Assembly: GCA_046290225.1 (NCBI GenBank)
Contig: JBKAGE010000002.1
Location: 33,392-97,391 of the forward strand
DNA from: Bradymonadia bacterium
GTDB lineage: Bacteria > Myxococcota_A > Bradymonadia > UBA7976 > UBA1532
Direction of reading: 5' to 3'
Length of the DNA: 64,000 bases
Part shown: piece after piece, positions 47,242 through 56,261 of the stretch
Position numbering within the stretch: position 1 is the first letter of the stretch
Layout: each line of letters begins with the position of its first letter
The notes under the pieces: model-generated
The model's database searches: none
Seen by the model: the letters and a program-made list of their open reading frames with translations, nothing else
What the model was told of the DNA's origin: nothing
Program-made: the position numbers and the translations under genes

Positions 47242-50200
47242 ATGCGACTGAGACTTTATGCGGCCACTCCCCTTCTACTCGGACTCAGCCTGGCATCCCC
47301 CGCTCTGGCACAACACGGCGCCGGCGACGACCGGGTGAGCCTGCCCGAGGGCCCCGGCTCCCTCGAAGGCATCGGCGACAACGCCGCCATCAGCGGAAAC
47401 ATGGGGTCGATGAGCTACGCGGTGCCCATCGAGGTGCCCGCTGGCTTCCCCGCTGTGACGCCTGACCTTGCGCTCGTATATGACAGCGCGGGGCCTGCGG
47501 GGGTGATGGGCATTGGTTGGGACATGCCAGTGCCCTTCGTGGAGCGCATGACCAACTGGCGCCTGCCTGACTATGACATCGATGATGACTTCGTCGCTGG
47601 CGGGCAGCTCGTGCACATCGGCGACGGCGTCTACCGAAACAGGTTCGAGAAGGGCTTCTCACGCCACACCTGGCATGAGCGTGGTGACGGCACTCAGGGC
47701 TATTGGACCACGGAGCTACCCGATGGGACTGTGCAGTACTTCGGGGCTACGGCGGAGGGCACCCCGGTAGACTCTGCCCGCGCGGCAGGTCGGGATGGAG
47801 CGACGTTCCGGTATCACCTGGTCTCGCAGGTAGACAAATTCGGGCACCGGATGGACTTCAGCTACCGGCTGTTCGATGGGCTGCCTCACCTGGACCGCAT
47901 CGAATACATCTTCACCGGCACCGATGGCGGCCCCGGCGCCTCACTCACCTTCGAGTACGAAAACCGCCCCGATGTCTTGAGCGACGCCCGCAGCGGCTCC
48001 AATGAGCGGCGCACGCAGCGCCTCACCCACGTCAACGTCTTCTCCAAAGAGGTGCGCGTCTGGCGCTACACAGTTCGATATGAAGACGAGGCGCTCTCCA
48101 ACGGCCTGTCGCGGGTCAGCGGCATCGACCGCGTGGGTCTCGACAACACCCCTCACCCCATCGCCTTCGACTTTGAGTATTCCAAGACGCTGGGCAACGA
48201 CAACTGCGACGACGATTGTGACCAGCCTTACCTGGTGGACATGGGCTCCATCGGGGTCAACCTTGCCGCAGGAGACGCCACCCTCGCCGACATGAACGGC
48301 GACGGCCTGCCAGACATCATCGACACCTCTCGTCAAGACGCCCATCGTATCTTCGTCAACCGCTTCGCTGACCGAGCTCAGCACATCTTCGACGCCCCTT
48401 ATGACAGCGCTGTGGGCGACAGGGCCGGACATCAGCTCAGCTCCCCGTATGTGCAGACGCTCGACGCCAACGGTGACGGCCGGGTGGACATGGTCAACGT
48501 GCGCACGGGTGAGGTGCTCTACAACCTCGGCGACGGTGACTGGGCCGAGGCCTCCGAGTTGGGCAGCACCGCAGCACTCCCTGACTTCGGGGACGACTTC
48601 GGCGGAGGCGCCGACGAGCCGGCCCATGTGCGCTTCTTCGATTACGACAACGACCGCCGCATCGACGTCCTACGCTCCTCCCTCAACCAGACCCAGATAT
48701 ACGCCAACATGGGTGAGGCGGGCTTCGAGGTGGTGGACGACATCAACGCAATCGGCGCTGGCTTCGATGGTGGCCTCGACCTCGCGGACATGAACGGCGA
48801 CGGCCTGCTCGACCCCGTCATTCTCCGCGCAGGCAGCCTCAGCTATCGGCTCAACCTCGGCTTTGGCCGTTGGTCTGCCTGGACCGACATCGAGAATCTC
48901 CCCTTCAACGAGGCTGAGCTCGAGTTCGTCGAGTTGCAGGACATCAACGGCGATAGCCTCGACGATCTCGTCATCGTGGTGGGCGACGAGCTGCGCTTCG
49001 CACTCAACCGCGCCGGCACCCACTTCGACACCGAGCAAACCATCAACGCAGTGGACGGCCAGCGCCTGCCCACCCGCGTGGACGGCACCACGGTGCTCTT
49101 CGCCGATATGAACGGCAGCGGCAGCGATGATGTGGTCTGGATCACCCCCCAGGGTGATGTGACCTACCTTGAGCTGTTTCCTGTGCGGCCCAACCTGCTC
49201 ACCAAGCTCACCAACGGCCTCGGGCTGGTCACCGAGGTCAGCTACACCACCATGGTGGAAGAGCGCGCCGCCTCCGAGGAGGACTGGGCCTTCACCCTGC
49301 CGTTCTCCATGAACATGGCCAAGACCATCGACACCTACGACAGCCTCAACGCGGTCCATTTGGAGACGACGTTCCACTACACGGACGCATACTACGACAC
49401 GCAAGAGAAGGCATACCGCGGCTTCGCCCACGTGGTGAGTGAGCGCCCCGGCGATGAGACCCAAGACGCCGGTCGCCAGCTGCGGACCTTCGATGTGGGC
49501 GCCGAAGATCGCTACCGCAACGGCCTGGTGCTCTCCACTGTGGATTACAGCCTCGCCGGAGAGGCCCCCGTGGCCCTGCGCACAGTCACCAACCACTATG
49601 AAGACTGCGCCGTCGACGGCGTGGAGAGCGAAGATTTGTCCTGGCCCGTGCGCCATGTCTGCCTGACCGAGGTCGATACGCTGGTGCAAGAGGGCGCGGC
49701 AGAATCTCAGTGGGCGCACCTGCGGCAGACCTACGCCTACGATGGCGACGGCAACCTCACCCTCAGCGTCAACCATGGTGTCGTGGACATCGGCGGCGAC
49801 GCCTGCGCGCCCTGTGATCGCGCCGCCGACAGCTACGGCGCCCCCTGTGGACAGGGCTGCGAGGGCGACGAGACCGTGGTGCAGACCGACTACACTCGGG
49901 CAAGTCAGGGCTGGCAGCTCGGCCTGCCTGTCCGAGTGCGCACCGCTGCTGAGATCGACAGCCCCGAGGCGGCGACGACCGAGTACTTCTACGACGGTGA
50001 CGATTTCGTCGGCCTGCCCTCTGGCGAGGCCACCTTGGGCTTACTCACCCGGGAGCGGGTGCAGGTGACGGACGATACCTGGGTCGACACCAACCGCTCG
50101 GCCTATGACGACCACGGCAACGTCGTCCGCTCACTGGACGCCCTGGGCGACCCGCAGAGTACCGTCGGCGAGCTGAGGTCCACCTACGACGACGAGCATC

Positions 50201-53200
50201 TGCTGCTGGCGAGCACCACCCACGACATGGGCGACTACCAGCTGCGGGCCGAGTTCGAGTACCACCCGGTGTGGGGCCTGCTCAGCGTCGCCACTGCACC
50301 CTACGTCATCCGCGACGGTGAAGCGCTGACCCCCCAGAACCAGACCCGCATCGAGTACGACGATCTGGGTGAGGTCATCGCCCGGTTCTACCCTGGCGAC
50401 CCGGATGGCCGACCCACCTTGAGCTTCGAGCTGCAGTGGGGCGCCCCCGTCAGCCGCCTCGTCAGCCAGATGCGCACCACCTCCGGCGCCTCGGCACCAG
50501 ACGTCATCTCGGTGCTCTGCCGAGACGGCTACGGGCGCAACGTCGCTCAGGTGACCGAAGTGGATGGTGCCTACGAGGTCAGCGGCTACAGCGTCCTGAA
50601 TCAGAACGGTGCCGCCGTCGAGGTGTACCGAGGTCACGTGGCCGAGACCGACAACTGCCTGCTCGACGCCCCAGATCTCTCGGCCACCATGTATCAATAC
50701 GACGCCCTGGGTCGGGCACGCTGGATCCAGCAAGACGACGCCGCCGTCTTCGGCACGGCCTCACAGAGCCAGATCGACGTCGAGCCCCTCGCCCGTCACA
50801 CCCACGCCCCTGACGATCTGGATCCCGACATGCCCGGCGCTGGCACCCCCATCACCCACCACTACGATGGCCTGGGCCGGGTGGTGCGCATCGAGATGCG
50901 GGAGACACCAGAGAGCGCGCCGCTGGAGTACCGATACGAGTACGACGTTCGAGGCGGGCTGAAGCGGGTCGTGGATGCCGAGGGCGGCGAGCGCCTGTTC
51001 GTCCGCGATCGTGCAGGTCAGGTGATCGAAGCGACGAGCCCCGATCGCGGTCTGGCCACGCGCACCTACGACGGCCTGGGTAACGTACTGCGCGAGGAAG
51101 ATGGCGCGGGTCGCGTGCTCCTCTCCGACTATGATGCCGTGGGGCGCCTCATCGCCCGGTGGGACGAGGCCGATCCCGAGGGCACCCGCGTGGAGTATGC
51201 GTACGATTTGCCAACTCATTGCCCTGAGGGGGTCTGCCCGAACGGCGCGGGACAGCGGGTGCAGACCACCTTCCCCACCCCCGAGGGGCGGGGTACTCGC
51301 TGGCTCACCCACGATGATCGACGGCGGCTCACCGGGACACGCCTCGAGGTGGACGGCGTGCAGCTGCAGACCACTCTGGCATACGACAACATCGACCGCT
51401 TGCTCTCGGTGACCTACCCCGACGGTACCGTAGAGCGACGCACCTACGACGCAGCTGGCCGTGTCCTGGAGATCGAGGGTGTGGCCACCCTGGATTGGCA
51501 ACGCAACACCCTGCTGCGCTCGATGGCTTTCGAGAACGGCGTCACCACCACCCATGCCTACGACGTGGTCGAGCGTCCCGCGCGCTTGCAGATCGCTGGT
51601 GCCACAGGCGAGCTGCTCGACTTGCAGTACGCCCACGACCGGCTGGGGAACCTCTCGGCCATCGACGATCGCACAGTCGTCGACGATCAGCCGGGTCGGA
51701 GCACGCGCTACACCTTCGACGGCCTGAACCGGCTGGTGTCGGCGCACCTCGATCCCGGACGCTCCAACTTCGAGGAATTGCTGACGTACAGCTACGACCG
51801 TCGCCAAAACCTCGTAGAGAAGATGTCTTCTCGGGGTGCGGCCAGCCGCTCACACGTCGGGGCCCTCGCATACGAAGCCGATCGGCCCTATGCCCTCGCC
51901 CAGGCGGGTGATCTCGCTTACGACCACGACGAAGCGGGGCGTCTGACGCAGCGTGGGGCCCTCGGGCTGAGCTGGGATGCCTTTGGCCAGCTGGCGAGCG
52001 CCGAGCGTGATGGCGCCCGCGTCGAGCGCCACTGGCACGACGGCTACGACCGGGTCGTGAGCCACTTCTCCGATCGCCACGTGATCGCCTTCGGTGGCGA
52101 TTTCACCATCGAAGACGGGATCAGCATGCAAGACGTACGGCTCGGTGCCCTGCGCCTCGCCACGCGAGAGAGCGATGCGCTGATGACCGACGTTCTGGGC
52201 GATCTCGCCCCGCTGGCCGAGGGCAACCCGGCCGCCGACGGCGCCTTCACCACAGGCGACGCTGTGATCGCCGCCCGAATCGAGGCCGGCGAGCTCGAGA
52301 CCGACACGCCCCACGCTGCGGTGCGCAGCATGCTGCGCGGCCTGGCCCGCAGCCGTCTGCTCGATGGTGATGATCGATGGACCTTCGCCCACCACGACGC
52401 CACCCGGCAACTGGTGTTCGAGACTGACACTGAGGGCGCCATCATCGACCGCTTCGCCCCCGACCCCCACGGTCTGCAGCGTGACATCGCCGGCGCCGAG
52501 CGCGGTTTCGAAGGTCGAAAGCATGATCACGGCACGGATCTCGTCACCATCGGCGCCCGCTCTCTGGACCCCTGGGCAGGGCAATGGACCGCCCCCGATC
52601 CGCAGTTCGCCTTCGCCAACTCCCCTCTGGAGGTCGGCTCACCATTCGAAGCAACCAACCCCTTTGGTTTCGTGCTCAACAACCCGTTGCGCTACACCGA
52701 TCCGAGTGGTCTGGCTGGTGAAGCGGCGAACGACCTCGACCGGAAAATAGTGCTGCAGAATGGCCTGATGCTGGGCGATCTGGCCCGGGGAGATCTGAAC
52801 GACGCGAGCGTTCAGATGTTCCTGGCGCAGCCCGACATCAACGACATCTTGGACACCGTCGAAGCCTACGTCAAAGACGGCGCGGGGGACCTCGCTGCGC
52901 TGCAGGATCTGGCTGATCTCGCTGCGCATGGCCAGGGGGATCCAGACATGATCCGCGTGCTGCTGGGCCAGGGGAACTCGGCGTACTACACCCAGCTGTA
53001 CAACAACATGTCGACCCTGAAGACGGACATCATGAACGTCACGCCGACGCTCCAGGCCAACTTGAGGCTGCTCAGAGATGCGAAGCGGCGGGCGGCCTTC
53101 AAGGCCAAGCGAGCCCGACACGACGCGGGGACGGGCATCGTGCTCAACGACCGCCTGTTCCAAGACAAGGGCCAAGCCAATGCCAAGCTTGCTGGGAAGG

Positions 53201-53352
53201 GCGGCAACATGCCAGCGAGCGGCTCTTGGGGTGCGCAGCAGCAGAGCCAGAAGGACAAGAGCAAGAAGAAGGGCCAGCGGCCCAAGCAGAAGAGCGGCGC
53301 TCAACCCTCCACACCCAAGACCGCGCCCAAGACCAAAGAGACGTCGATCTGA
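47242..53352 (+). CDS. Exported SpvB/FG-GAP/RHS-repeat protein (fused TcB-TcC type) with a dockerin-like insert and unknown C-terminal cargo
   Basis: Signal peptide; SpvB-like start (P.LAL.Y.S..G..GIGW); six D.NGDG..D repeats; YD repeats; core end NNPLRYTDPSGL at 52678-52713. Confidence 0.9.
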   Translation: MRLRLYAATPLLLGLSLASPALAQHGAGDDRVSLPEGPGSLEGIGDNAAISGNMGSMSYAVPIEVPAGFPAVTPDLALVYDSAGPAGVMGIGWDMPVPFVERMTNWRLPDYDIDDDFVAGGQLVHIGDGVYRNRFEKGFSRHTWHERGDGTQGYWTTELPDGTVQYFGATAEGTPVDSARAAGRDGATFRYHLVSQVDKFGHRMDFSYRLFDGLPHLDRIEYIFTGTDGGPGASLTFEYENRPDVLSDARSGSNERRTQRLTHVNVFSKEVRVWRYTVRYEDEALSNGLSRVSGIDRVGLDNTPHPIAFDFEYSKTLGNDNCDDDCDQPYLVDMGSIGVNLAAGDATLADMNGDGLPDIIDTSRQDAHRIFVNRFADRAQHIFDAPYDSAVGDRAGHQLSSPYVQTLDANGDGRVDMVNVRTGEVLYNLGDGDWAEASELGSTAALPDFGDDFGGGADEPAHVRFFDYDNDRRIDVLRSSLNQTQIYANMGEAGFEVVDDINAIGAGFDGGLDLADMNGDGLLDPVILRAGSLSYRLNLGFGRWSAWTDIENLPFNEAELEFVELQDINGDSLDDLVIVVGDELRFALNRAGTHFDTEQTINAVDGQRLPTRVDGTTVLFADMNGSGSDDVVWITPQGDVTYLELFPVRPNLLTKLTNGLGLVTEVSYTTMVEERAASEEDWAFTLPFSMNMAKTIDTYDSLNAVHLETTFHYTDAYYDTQEKAYRGFAHVVSERPGDETQDAGRQLRTFDVGAEDRYRNGLVLSTVDYSLAGEAPVALRTVTNHYEDCAVDGVESEDLSWPVRHVCLTEVDTLVQEGAAESQWAHLRQTYAYDGDGNLTLSVNHGVVDIGGDACAPCDRAADSYGAPCGQGCEGDETVVQTDYTRASQGWQLGLPVRVRTAAEIDSPEAATTEYFYDGDDFVGLPSGEATLGLLTRERVQVTDDTWVDTNRSAYDDHGNVVRSLDALGDPQSTVGELRSTYDDEHLLLASTTHDMGDYQLRAEFEYHPVWGLLSVATAPYVIRDGEALTPQNQTRIEYDDLGEVIARFYPGDPDGRPTLSFELQWGAPVSRLVSQMRTTSGASAPDVISVLCRDGYGRNVAQVTEVDGAYEVSGYSVLNQNGAAVEVYRGHVAETDNCLLDAPDLSATMYQYDALGRARWIQQDDAAVFGTASQSQIDVEPLARHTHAPDDLDPDMPGAGTPITHHYDGLGRVVRIEMRETPESAPLEYRYEYDVRGGLKRVVDAEGGERLFVRDRAGQVIEATSPDRGLATRTYDGLGNVLREEDGAGRVLLSDYDAVGRLIARWDEADPEGTRVEYAYDLPTHCPEGVCPNGAGQRVQTTFPTPEGRGTRWLTHDDRRRLTGTRLEVDGVQLQTTLAYDNIDRLLSVTYPDGTVERRTYDAAGRVLEIEGVATLDWQRNTLLRSMAFENGVTTTHAYDVVERPARLQIAGATGELLDLQYAHDRLGNLSAIDDRTVVDDQPGRSTRYTFDGLNRLVSAHLDPGRSNFEELLTYSYDRRQNLVEKMSSRGAASRSHVGALAYEADRPYALAQAGDLAYDHDEAGRLTQRGALGLSWDAFGQLASAERDGARVERHWHDGYDRVVSHFSDRHVIAFGGDFTIEDGISMQDVRLGALRLATRESDALMTDVLGDLAPLAEGNPAADGAFTTGDAVIAARIEAGELETDTPHAAVRSMLRGLARSRLLDGDDRWTFAHHDATRQLVFETDTEGAIIDRFAPDPHGLQRDIAGAERGFEGRKHDHGTDLVTIGARSLDPWAGQWTAPDPQFAFANSPLEVGSPFEATNPFGFVLNNPLRYTDPSGLAGEAANDLDRKIVLQNGLMLGDLARGDLNDASVQMFLAQPDINDILDTVEAYVKDGAGDLAALQDLADLAAHGQGDPDMIRVLLGQGNSAYYTQLYNNMSTLKTDIMNVTPTLQANLRLLRDAKRRAAFKAKRARHDAGTGIVLNDRLFQDKGQANAKLAGKGGNMPASGSWGAQQQSQKDKSKKKGQRPKQKSGAQPSTPKTAPKTKETSI

Positions 53353-53372
53353 CCGAGGTCTGACCTCGGTCA
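53350..53372 (+). terminator. Perfect hairpin at the RHS stop codon (no U-tract)
   Basis: TGACCGAGGTC-T-GACCTCGGTCA. Confidence 0.5.
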
Positions 53373-53559
53373 CCCCAAAGCCCCGCTCATGCCCTTTGTG
53401 CATCGCCCCAGAGCGCACTGGCCATTTCTGAACAGGGTGGCCGTTTATGCCCACCCCCACGATCGTCTTTGGCCACCGCAAATCCACGGCCGCCCGTTAA
53501 CGTAGCGCTCACCGAGACGTTCGCGAGCCCAAAGGCTCCTTCGCAACCCAGGTGAGCCT

Positions 53560-54933
53560 CTGAATACGCCGTGCCCATCGCTTGCTCTGATCGCCCCCGG
53601 CAGTTATGTCGGCGACTATGTGATCAGTGCGCCCATCGGCCAGGGCATGTCTGGCACAGTCTACGCAGCCCGTCACCCGCTCATCGACGCCGTGGTCGCC
53701 ATCAAGGTGCTCAACGCGCGCTACTCGAACAGCGCCGACGCAATCAGCCGCTTTGTACAGGAAGCCCGCGCAGTCAGTCGTGTGCGACACCCCAACGTCG
53801 TTGAGATCTTCAACTTCGGGCGCTTGCCTGACGGGCGACGCTACCTGGTGATGGAGCGACTCGCCGGCCAAGGTCTGGACGAGCATCTGGACGCGCGAGG
53901 TCGACTGCCTGCGCATGAAGTGATCGCGCGCCTCCGGCCGATCGCCGATGCCCTCGCCACCGCCCATGCAGCGGGCGTGATCCATCGTGACGTCAAGCCT
54001 GCCAACATCTTCCTGTGTGCCGATGGCGTGCCCAAGCTCATCGACTTCGGGGTGGCGAAGCTCACAGACACACGGGCGGCTGTTCTGCAGACCGCTGTGG
54101 GACTCGCGCTGGGCACGCCCTCATACATGGCCCCCGAACAATGCCTCGGCGCCACAGTGACCGGCGCAGCTGACGTGTACGCTTTGGGCGTCATGGCCTT
54201 CGAAATGCTCACCGGGCAGCTGCCCTATCGAGCCTCTTCCCAACTTGAGATGATGAACGCCCACGTCGGCGCACCGATCCCTGCAGTGCATCGCCTGACG
54301 ACGGGGTACACCCCAGCGGTGAGCGCTGCGGTGCGGGCCATGCTGCACAAAGATCCAACGCGACGCCCTGGGCCGGTGGCGGCCATTGAGGCCCTTGCCC
54401 AGGCCCTGATGCACCCCACGTCTACTCGGCGATCAGTCTCCATGTTGGGCATGCTGCTCCTCAGCGGCACTGTCATGGGCAGTACGTGGTCAGCGCCAGC
54501 GATTGAACCAGCGACGTCTATCCCTGCGCGCCTCGTCGAGGGCCACCCAGAAGGCGGTGGCGTCAGCGGGTCGTGCCCTGGGATCGACAGCCAACGCTGC
54601 CTTGAACACGGCCTCGACCGCCCCGGAGATCTTGACCCCCAGCGTCCGCGGGGTGGGACGCCGACGAGTGTCGAGGGCCTGGGCGAGCACGGTCGACACG
54701 TCGGCCCGAGCGTAGGGCGGCCGCCCAGCCAGCATCTCGACGCAGGTCAACGCCAGGGCGTAGACGTCGGTCCGGGGTCCAGTGGGCGCCCCCTGCGCAG
54801 CTGCTTGCTCAGGGGCGGCGTAGTTCACCGTGAACGGCGAGGCGATGTTTGCAGTGCCATCGAACCCACGCGAGTAGTGGGCTGCGAGCTTCGCGGCGCC
54901 GAAATCCATCAGCTTGAGCCCCTTGCCCTCTGA
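53560..54933 (+). CDS. Ser/Thr kinase; start uncertain (possible CTG); C-terminus probably truncated and running antisense into the next gene
   Basis: IAPGSYVGDYVISAPIGQGMSGTVY, VAIK, HRDVKPAN, DFG, GTPSYMAPE; 444-nt convergent overlap. Confidence 0.75.
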   Translation: MNTPCPSLALIAPGSYVGDYVISAPIGQGMSGTVYAARHPLIDAVVAIKVLNARYSNSADAISRFVQEARAVSRVRHPNVVEIFNFGRLPDGRRYLVMERLAGQGLDEHLDARGRLPAHEVIARLRPIADALATAHAAGVIHRDVKPANIFLCADGVPKLIDFGVAKLTDTRAAVLQTAVGLALGTPSYMAPEQCLGATVTGAADVYALGVMAFEMLTGQLPYRASSQLEMMNAHVGAPIPAVHRLTTGYTPAVSAAVRAMLHKDPTRRPGPVAAIEALAQALMHPTSTRRSVSMLGMLLLSGTVMGSTWSAPAIEPATSIPARLVEGHPEGGGVSGSCPGIDSQRCLEHGLDRPGDLDPQRPRGGTPTSVEGLGEHGRHVGPSVGRPPSQHLDAGQRQGVDVGPGSSGRPLRSCLLRGGVVHRERRGDVCSAIEPTRVVGCELRGAEIHQLEPLAL

Positions 54934-55587
54934 CTGCACGAAGATGTTGGCGGGCTTGATGTCGCGGTGGGCGATGCCCTCACCATGGGCAAGGCCGAGG
55001 ACCTCGGCGACGGGGCCCAGGATCCGCATCACCTCGTCGAGGGTCCACTGACGACGATCATCACTGAGCATGGCCTCAAGTGTCTCGCCTTCGAGCCACT
55101 CCAACACAGTGTAGGTGACCGGGTGCCCTCGGGACGAGGTCCAGGTACCCAGATCGAGCGACCGCACCACCGATGTGGTCTGGCGCGAGAGCTGGGCCAG
55201 GATCTCTCCCTCCCGTACGAAGGCCTCACCCAAATGACATGGCTCGACAGCAAAGCTCTCTCTGAACAACTTGAGCGCCACAGGTTGCTCTCGCTCTAGA
55301 TCCCAGCCCCGATAAACGTGACTGGAGCCACCCATGGCAACGTAGGCATCTACACGGTACCGACCATCGATCACCACGCCCACGATGCGCATGGGATCAT
55401 CAGGTGGGGCCTCCATTTCGAAGAGTTCACCTTCAGTCAGCTGGCTGAGCAACTCTTCGACCTCGGCGCGCACTTCCGGGCACCCGACGCAGGCGCGATC
55501 CAGGAACACGCCTTGTTCGACGGGGACAAGCGCACACGCCTCGATGAAGACGGCATGTACCTGGGCGTAGAGTGCCTTATCCATCAT
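54490..55587 (-). CDS. Soluble Ser/Thr kinase coupled to the ECF sigma gene
   Basis: N-terminal FLDRAC...VRAEVEELL typical of ECF-linked kinases; HRDIKPAN, DFG, APE; overlaps ECF stop. Confidence 0.88.
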   Translation of the reverse strand: MMDKALYAQVHAVFIEACALVPVEQGVFLDRACVGCPEVRAEVEELLSQLTEGELFEMEAPPDDPMRIVGVVIDGRYRVDAYVAMGGSSHVYRGWDLEREQPVALKLFRESFAVEPCHLGEAFVREGEILAQLSRQTTSVVRSLDLGTWTSSRGHPVTYTVLEWLEGETLEAMLSDDRRQWTLDEVMRILGPVAEVLGLAHGEGIAHRDIKPANIFVQSEGKGLKLMDFGAAKLAAHYSRGFDGTANIASPFTVNYAAPEQAAAQGAPTGPRTDVYALALTCVEMLAGRPPYARADVSTVLAQALDTRRRPTPRTLGVKISGAVEAVFKAALAVDPRARPADATAFWVALDEARRDRRRWFNRWR

Positions 55588-56155
55588 CCTGAGCGCCGTC
55601 CTGCAGCGCCCGCCGGAGCCAGGCCTTCGCCATGGTCCATTCGCCTTCGATGGTGCGTTTGGAGAGCTGCATCTCCTCGGCGACCTCGGCCACGCTCATG
55701 CCGCCGAAGAAACGATACACCACCACTTGAGCCTGCCGTGGGTTGATCACCATGAGAGCCTTCAAGGCGTCGTCGAGGGCCAACACGTCGGGATCGTGTT
55801 GAACCGAGAGGCCCAACCCCGAGCTGAGCGAGATCGGTGAAGCGTTGCCACCACGCTTCTTTCGGGTGCGATGCCGCGCATGATCCACCAGCACTCGACG
55901 CATGACGTCGGAGGCCACGGCGAGGAAGTGAGCTCGGCTCTTCCACTCGGGCATATTGCTGTTGATCAGGCGCATGTAGGCCTCGTGCACCAACGCTGTC
56001 GGCTGAAGCGTGTGGCCCGACGACTCGCGGCTCATGACCGCTGCGGCACGGTTGCGCAGCTGGTCGTACAGAAATGGCAGCACCTGTGCTTCGGCCTGAG
56101 TGTCGCCGTCGCGGGCCGCAAGTAGGAGGGTGGTCAGAGCATTTGGATCGAGCAT
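55577..56155 (-). CDS. ECF sigma factor, TIGR02999/ECF43 type
   Basis: HTLQPTALVHEAYMRL, RRVLVDHAR...KRGG, W.MAKAWLRR. Confidence 0.9.
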   Translation of the reverse strand: MLDPNALTTLLLAARDGDTQAEAQVLPFLYDQLRNRAAAVMSRESSGHTLQPTALVHEAYMRLINSNMPEWKSRAHFLAVASDVMRRVLVDHARHRTRKKRGGNASPISLSSGLGLSVQHDPDVLALDDALKALMVINPRQAQVVVYRFFGGMSVAEVAEEMQLSKRTIEGEWTMAKAWLRRALQDGAQDDG

Positions 56156-56261
56156 GCCTATAGGATGCAGAGGAAGGCCGCAGGCTTCTACCCACTCGCT
56201 CCATCAATGCACCCGAGCGCATCAATGCTCGTGTCCCGTGTCCCTCGCTCATGGCTTCACC

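Noticed and set aside
47242..53352. T6SS effector or complete Tc toxin complex
   Set aside because: It has a Sec-type signal peptide and no PAAR domain; no VgrG, Hcp or TcA gene is in the window.
53389..53505. Immunity gene after the RHS gene
   Set aside because: Only a 38-codon ORF with no RBS and poor codon bias, downstream of a hairpin.
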